Source: Hamiltosporidium tvaerminnensis FI-OER-3-3 (taxonomy: Eukaryota > Fungi > Microsporidia). Taken from it: a DNA stretch of 64,000 nucleotides. Below the pieces are notes generated by a model. The model was not told the DNA's origin and made no database searches. It saw only the letters and a list, made by a program, of their open reading frames with translations. The first letter of the stretch is position 1. Every line of letters starts with the position of its first letter. The position numbers and the translations under genes were made by a program. Positions 57,816-64,000 of the stretch are shown in pieces. The stretch lies in the NCBI GenBank assembly GCA_022605425.2, contig CM061251.1:186001-250000 (forward strand). Reading direction: 5' to 3'.

Positions 57816-59230
57816 TCATTAGCATATTTTTTAGAAATTTTATAGACCAATGATTTTACAATAAAAAAGCAATATTTTTTTTCAAATTTTATCATTTTAA
57901 TTCAGATTAGATAACGGTGTAAATCTTAATAAATTTATGTATTAATTCTTCAGAGTCTTCACAAAAATTTCACACAATAAAACTAAATCTCTAAAGGTAT
58001 CAATACATAGGTTATCGTTTTTTATGATATATTATCGCTGTATTTAACCATATTTAATTTATTTGGTGTTGATATCATTTTTTAAACTAAACCAAATTTA
58101 ATTTTAAAAATGAAAAATATCATTCGTTAACGTTCATTAACCACCTACTAGTATTAAATATTTATCCTAATCACTTACTTTTAAAAGATAAAGGTATTAT
58201 TGACATAAAATATAACCTAATCGAACTGTTAATGAGACGTTTTATCTTAAATGTCTGTATAAAACAAAATCTTTTTATTAAATTGACATGAACACTATTT
58301 TGTATTTATTTATATACCAATGCTTTATTCTATACCTATTTTATTATCATTTATATTAAATATCATACGAATATATTTGCTTAAAATTTTTATACTTTTT
58401 TAAAATAAACATCTTTTCTGATTAAATTATAAATATTTTCTATTAATTCATTTGTTAGATTTTGATTTAAAAAAAAGTTTCTGAAATCATATTTCTAATT
58501 TGAAGAGTATTTGGCGCTTGGTGTAATTTTAAGCTTTTTTCATTCGAAACAAGCTATCTGAAAAAAAAATTGATTAAATCTTTTTTATTATGAAACAGTC
58601 TTTTTAAAAACAAACCCGTGTAATCAAAAGTTTTGTATTATACTCATTTCTTTTTTTCATAGATTAAATGAATCTGAGATCTAAAAAAATTTATTCCTGT
58701 ATTATTATTTTTTAAATATAATTTTAGCCATTTTATAAATACCCTTATCAATTTAAAGTATTTACTTTAAATATAATTAAATATCATTTTTACTTCACAA
58801 AATCGATTCTTAATTCCGAAATATATTTTATAAATTTCCCCATTATCTATGCTTTTAATTAATTTTTCATTTGTGAGAAGGTTTTCTTTTTAAGGCTTTT
58901 TATAGTTTTTTTTTAATATAAAATAAAAGAACATCATATGATATTTTTAATTAAATAAGAAATGATTTTGGCGTAACTAAAGATTATTTTGCAAAAATAT
59001 TAACTAAATTAAACTTTGTTGAAAAGTGGTAGTAAAATATACTAAAACAAATATAAATGTTTTTATTCTTCTTTATTTTTATGTAAAACATTCGAAACTG
59101 ATATTTTTACTTTTAAATCAGGGATTTCTATATATTCTATATTCTTCTATTTTCTATTTGTATGAACTTTATAGAATCATTTTCAATACATTTTTAAATA
59201 CCTTGATATTTAAAATTTTATGCTTTTTTT

Positions 59231-59590
59231 TCACTTCTTCTTGGCTTTTTTATCATCCTTAATAATATCTATATCATCTTTTTTGTTAGGTCTATATATT
59301 TTAGGATTTTCTTTAATTTCATCCTTTTGTTTTTTCTTTTCATCTTTCTTCTGTTTCTTTTCTTCTTTTTTCAATTTCTTTTTATTCTTTTCAGAATTTC
59401 TTCTTTCTTTCATTTTTTCAAACCAACTTTTACTTTTTTCTTCCTTTTTACCACTTTTATTAGCCTCTTTTTTTTCAGAAGTTTTATCTTTTTCAGAATT
59501 TTGGATATTTTCTTTTTTCTTTCCAAAAAAGGAAAAAGTAAAAATACTTTCACACATTGTAATCATAAAAATAAAAAATTTCAGATTCAT
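59231..59590 (-). CDS. Small Lys/Glu-rich protein with N-terminal hydrophobic leader (119 aa)
   Basis: MNLKFFIFMITMCESIFTFSFFG followed by a highly charged K/E-rich body. Ends in AKKK. Confidence 0.65.
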   Translation of the reverse strand: MNLKFFIFMITMCESIFTFSFFGKKKENIQNSEKDKTSEKKEANKSGKKEEKSKSWFEKMKERRNSEKNKKKLKKEEKKQKKDEKKKQKDEIKENPKIYRPNKKDDIDIIKDDKKAKKK

Positions 59591-60229
59591 AATTTCTACT
59601 TCGTGTCAGAATAAATACTTTATAATTTTAAAAATCATACAAATGATATTGTCTCGTGATTATCTTAAAAGCACCATCTTTTTTGATTATCAACTTATTA
59701 CATACAACCACTCATTCTTTAATTTAAATACCAATCAAATTTATTCTACACCGATTCTTCTTTTCATAAATGCAACTGCTCAATTTTCATAATATATTAC
59801 CAATCAAATATTTTTAATAAAGATTTAACAAATCATAGTTACAACCATTTAATCTTTAAATCCAATTATCATTAAATTATGTTTTTGATTATTGTTCAAT
59901 TAATTAATAATGATTTATACTTAATTTTTGATTTTGGCACTTATCTTTATAGTTGAAATCTGAGCTAAAATAAATATTTAAAAAAATATTCTTCAAATTA
60001 AAAGATTTGAGGATTTATATTGAAATTAAATTTGTTTTTCTTCTAAAATACGGTATTATACAAGAAAATAAAGATAATAATTGGAATTCTTTATTTTGGG
60101 AAATATTGAAATTTATAAATCTGATTACTAAGTTCTTAAGCAAAAATGACTTTAAAGATAATAATTGCGTCATTTAAATCACGAATGAATAACTTTTTGT
60201 AAAATAAAAATATTGTATTGTAATGTATT

Positions 60230-61300
60230 CTGTTTTTTTCTAATTACTAAATTATTTCTTCTGTACCTTCGTAATTTTCTATCGACCACATCTCGGCTCC
60301 TTTATATCTCACCGGATGTTTATAAGAAAAGTTTAAGACTTCTCAAAACGTAAATAGTGATCGTATAAAGATTCCTTATATGTTTAATTTTTGTAAAATT
60401 TTAGCGAGGCAATAAAATTTTTCATGATATAAGTTCGATAATAACAGTAAATCGCATTTTTAGAAGCAAAATGATAAACTATAAAGAACAAAACTTATTT
60501 TCTATACCATAATTAGGATTCTTGTCTTCCACTTAAATTTTTTTCTATACAATGCTGTCTACAAATTTTTGGTGCATCAAGATCAAATTCTGAAAATAAG
60601 AAAAATTATATGTCTTGTATTTATGCGGAAGTCTTTTTTCAATGGTGGTTTTATAATATAAAAATTTATTGTGAAGCTGTTTACATTTTTATCATTTGAT
60701 TTTTTTCTTTAGAATGATGTCAGTGAATACTGTTACACCTGATTCAAATTTTCCCTATTTTCAATGCTAAAAACTATGTTTGTTGTAAATACCCTCGGAA
60801 CTTTATGTTATCGTTTCGTTAGGGTTTCAAGTAAAACCTCAGAGTTGCCTTGTATATTTAAAAACTCTTTTCCATCATAGTAACGGTAATGACTTACTCT
60901 CACAGCCATTATTGTACCAAGTTTTATCATTTGGTTGTCTGAACGTAGAATATCAAAACTTACTCCGTCAAAATTGGCCCAATAGGAATATATAATGCAG
61001 TTATATAGACTGAAAACAAGTCAAAATCATTCTAAAAATTCTTTGTATTCGTTTTATGTAACTTATTATTAGCTATCTTTTATTATTGGGTTGAATTTTG
61101 TCTTGACTCTACGCTTTTACTTCGGAAGGCTTCTACATATTGCCAGCATTTGAGATAAATTTTGAACGTTTCAAGAAGTAAATTTTCGAATTCACAGCGG
61201 AAATAAAGACTTTTTTTAGAATATATTTCAATTTTTCACAGGCTATTTAGTACTGTTATTCGTTTAAAGATCTAAAAATGCTTTGTATATGTGCCAATTA
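60230..61300 (-). mobile_element. Decayed piggyBac transposase remnant
   Basis: Minus-strand fragments in piggyBac order: YIPIGP..GVKF* (~60955-60993; cf. YIPxKPxKYGIK), YDGK (~60865-60880), SGVTVFTD (~60719-60742; cf. DNFF) and KG..DVVDRKLRRY (~60263-60303; cf. KGGVDxxD). Ends approximate. Confidence 0.6.
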
Positions 61301-62811
61301 TAATGAGAATTCCGCAATACTGTTTATTTTAAACATATTTTTTTCTTTTATAATACTATACATCAAAAACTGAATATCTTTTAATTGATCTCTTTGCTAA
61401 AGACGTCACAAGATTGTTTAAGAAAGCCAATTTTTTTATTAATTAACAAATCCTACCACTTTTTTATACTTGTCTCTAAAATCCTGAGTTGTTTTATCGA
61501 ACCAAAGCAATTTTTATTAAAGATATAATAACCAAAGTAGAGTTCATTTAAAGCGAATAGAAAAGCAACCAGAATATTATCATAACTAAAAACTCCTTAA
61601 ATCACTTTACTCTATTTTGTCATATAAAGATCATTTCCGAGTAGATTTAAGAATTTTAGTTCTGGCAATAGCAATCGCTTTTCACTTTCTTGTCCTCATC
61701 TAAATAATACTATGATTTAAATTACAAACCAAAGTTTCTCTTAATCTATTGTGACAGCTTAAAAATTTGTTATTATTTTTTGTTCACAAACAAAATAACT
61801 TCAAAGACTATTTGAAAGATATAATCAAAGTTTCAGATAAATCTACGAATCAAATAGAGTTTTTTTGTGCTTGTTTAGAAACCTAAGAATTATTCTATCT
61901 TGCAAAAATACATAAAATTCAAACCAAAAAGAAATAGAATGAAAATAAATAATCTTTTGATCTAGATCCATAAAACATATACTGTAACCAAATTGCCACT
62001 GGATGTTGAGTGTAAGGGGAAACAATATAACACAAATCAAAATACACGGAAATAAAGGAGAATTTATACAAAATAAAATGACAGTTTTTGATTTTGAGAA
62101 CGATGAATTATTCATAATATAAACAAATTAACTTATAAAAAATCAACGAAACAAGTATAAAAATGTATTTTTTATAGAACTAACCTATTATACTATAAAT
62201 AAAATTTTATTTGTCACTTTTTTGTTTTATAAATAAACATAAAACAAACAAATAAATGAAAATGGAATTAACACATTACAAAATACTTTATAAGATTTAT
62301 TCTGCGATGTCTAAAATGATGAGTAAATTTAAAGGATTGTTTAGTCACGTATCGGATACGAACTAAAGAAATATTTTTAATTAAAGATTATTAGTTATAT
62401 GGAAGTTTAATTTTTTTTTTCTAAGAAATATCAAAGGTATTTTCATGTTGTATATTTTTAAATTATATTCTTCCGGTCAATTTCTGGGATTTAATACTTC
62501 CCATTTAATGTTTTATTTATATTCAATTTACTTAAATTATACTTATTTACATATTTCAGTCTTCGTGTACCTCTTGCTGATGAGGATGCTAGATTATAGA
62601 GATTCTTTAAAACAATTTATTATAATGCAAAAAAAATAAATTATTTAACTTTACGAATACAAACCCATCCATTTTAATGATTTAATAATACATTCAACGA
62701 TTCTCTTACCAAACTTTCATCATTACTTATTTCAATTCATATTTATAATCAATTTACCACAACATCTATTCTTTAAATCTTTATTCAAACTGATTACAAA
62801 TTAATTTAAAT

Positions 62812-63525
62812 TTACAATCTATTTATATCAAATCCAACAGATTTTAAAGTAATTTCTATAGTTTTTCTATCAACAATAATAGAATAAATATTTCCTCTTT
62901 TAATAATAACATTTTTATTAACAAGACTATTTAATGTTACTTTGATTAAAAATGAATTTCCAAGATTATTATCGATTTCTTTAACTGTTTTAAACAAATA
63001 TTCATATCTATTTGTAATATTGAGTGCAAATAATATTACTTTTTCCAAATATGTTAATATTAGAGCACATATAGGGTAATTAATAAATTTAATATGATTG
63101 GATAACTGAAATATATTTTTCTCTAAAAAAAGTGGTTTTTTTATTTCAGATATTAAATTTTGAGAATATTTATGTTTTAAATAGTTGAGTTTTTCTGATT
63201 GCGATATTGTAAATATGTACGGTATAAAATCCAAATGAATAGATTTGTTGAATAATAATATTTTATAATTTACAAGATTTGTATTTGGGTGTTCAAAAAT
63301 GATGTTAAGTATTTTTTTATCGTACATATTTGTTAAAGAAGGATATATTGGTTTATATGGTATTGATTTGTATTTTAAATATTCTGAAAATGTTTCAAAT
63401 GCTTCTAATGTTAATATTTGTATTTGAAAATGTGATGAGTTATTTATTATTTCTATTAAATTATCCAATGAAGAAAATCTTGTATAATTTATGGTTACAG
63501 ATTTTAGTTTTCTTTTAGTTGACAT
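62812..63525 (-). CDS. Hypothetical protein with Orc5-like C-terminal winged-helix region (237 aa)
   Basis: LTYLEKVILFA, TLNSLVNKNVI and YSIIVDRKTIEITLKSVGFDINRL resemble the Orc5 C-terminal pattern (L.Y..K.IL.A ... SLV...L ... Y...V....I..I...V.FDI..L). TCC motif upstream of the ATG. The CDS is likely; the Orc5 call is tentative. Confidence 0.55.
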   Translation of the reverse strand: MSTKRKLKSVTINYTRFSSLDNLIEIINNSSHFQIQILTLEAFETFSEYLKYKSIPYKPIYPSLTNMYDKKILNIIFEHPNTNLVNYKILLFNKSIHLDFIPYIFTISQSEKLNYLKHKYSQNLISEIKKPLFLEKNIFQLSNHIKFINYPICALILTYLEKVILFALNITNRYEYLFKTVKEIDNNLGNSFLIKVTLNSLVNKNVIIKRGNIYSIIVDRKTIEITLKSVGFDINRL

Positions 63526-64000
63526 CTTAAGGATTAAAAAAAAATGAAATTTAAAAACCGTTTTTTTTGAGATTCAAAAAAATATTTAATTTCTAAGAAA
63601 TTACGTGAAGTGGAAAATATTTAAAACATTTTTTTGGGATCTTAAAATATCTTTATATTTATGAGAAAAGATGACCAAAAAACAGAGAAATAAATCTAAA
63701 AATACATAACTTTATAGGAGAAATACATTTAAATATGCAATTTTTATAATATAATTATAATAAAACCAGATACTTGAAAGAGATAGAACAAAAGAGTACA
63801 ATTATATTCAATTATTTTTTGTTAAATCGAGAAAGAAAGGTAAAGAAAAAAATTTAAATTAATTTCTTTGAACCAAAATAAAATTTAAGAAATAAAAAAG
63901 TGAAAAAGTATGAATTGTAGAAGAAAATGATTTAGAATGAAGGGATAGTAATCATTTTCTAAACACGGTTGTACCATACATATAATCATTGTATCATTTT

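Overview
Very AT-rich, gene-sparse, transposon-rich eukaryotic DNA. It is most consistent with a large-genome microsporidian (Hamiltosporidium-like; this is inference). The evidence is short divergent fungal-type housekeeping proteins, CCC/GGG motifs just upstream of nearly every ATG, a mitosomal-type ferredoxin, and a 24-nt spliceosomal intron that splits the ATG of RPL32. Housekeeping genes: a bHLH factor, Ies6, uL13, Yah1 ferredoxin, CutA, eL32, a Trm140/METTL2-like methyltransferase, a minimal Nus1, eS12, a putative minimal Orc5, and one 884-aa unknown. Accessory content: (i) a three-member family of 530-615 aa signal-peptide proteins, one with five tandem 25-aa repeats that each carry an EPIYA-like ERIYD motif; (ii) a cluster of four small signal-peptide ORFs at 53.9-59.6 kb, one absent from the ORF track because of an internal TAA; (iii) a nested TE complex at 13-23 kb, where a full-length R4/Dong-type RLE retrotransposon sits with a 13-bp TSD inside the left TIR of a DD34E Tc1/IS630-like transposon, and two outward-facing decayed LINE 3' halves break at almost the same LINE nucleotide on either side; (iv) two unclassified three-copy dispersed repeats, a ~0.9-kb TG...CA element and a ~0.68-kb element found beside r-protein genes; (v) decayed gypsy, Ginger-like, hAT and piggyBac remnants and about ten local tandem duplications of 65-96 bp. 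No rRNA, intact tRNA or CRISPR array was seen. Boundaries of decayed elements are approximate, and all family assignments come from motif recognition by eye.
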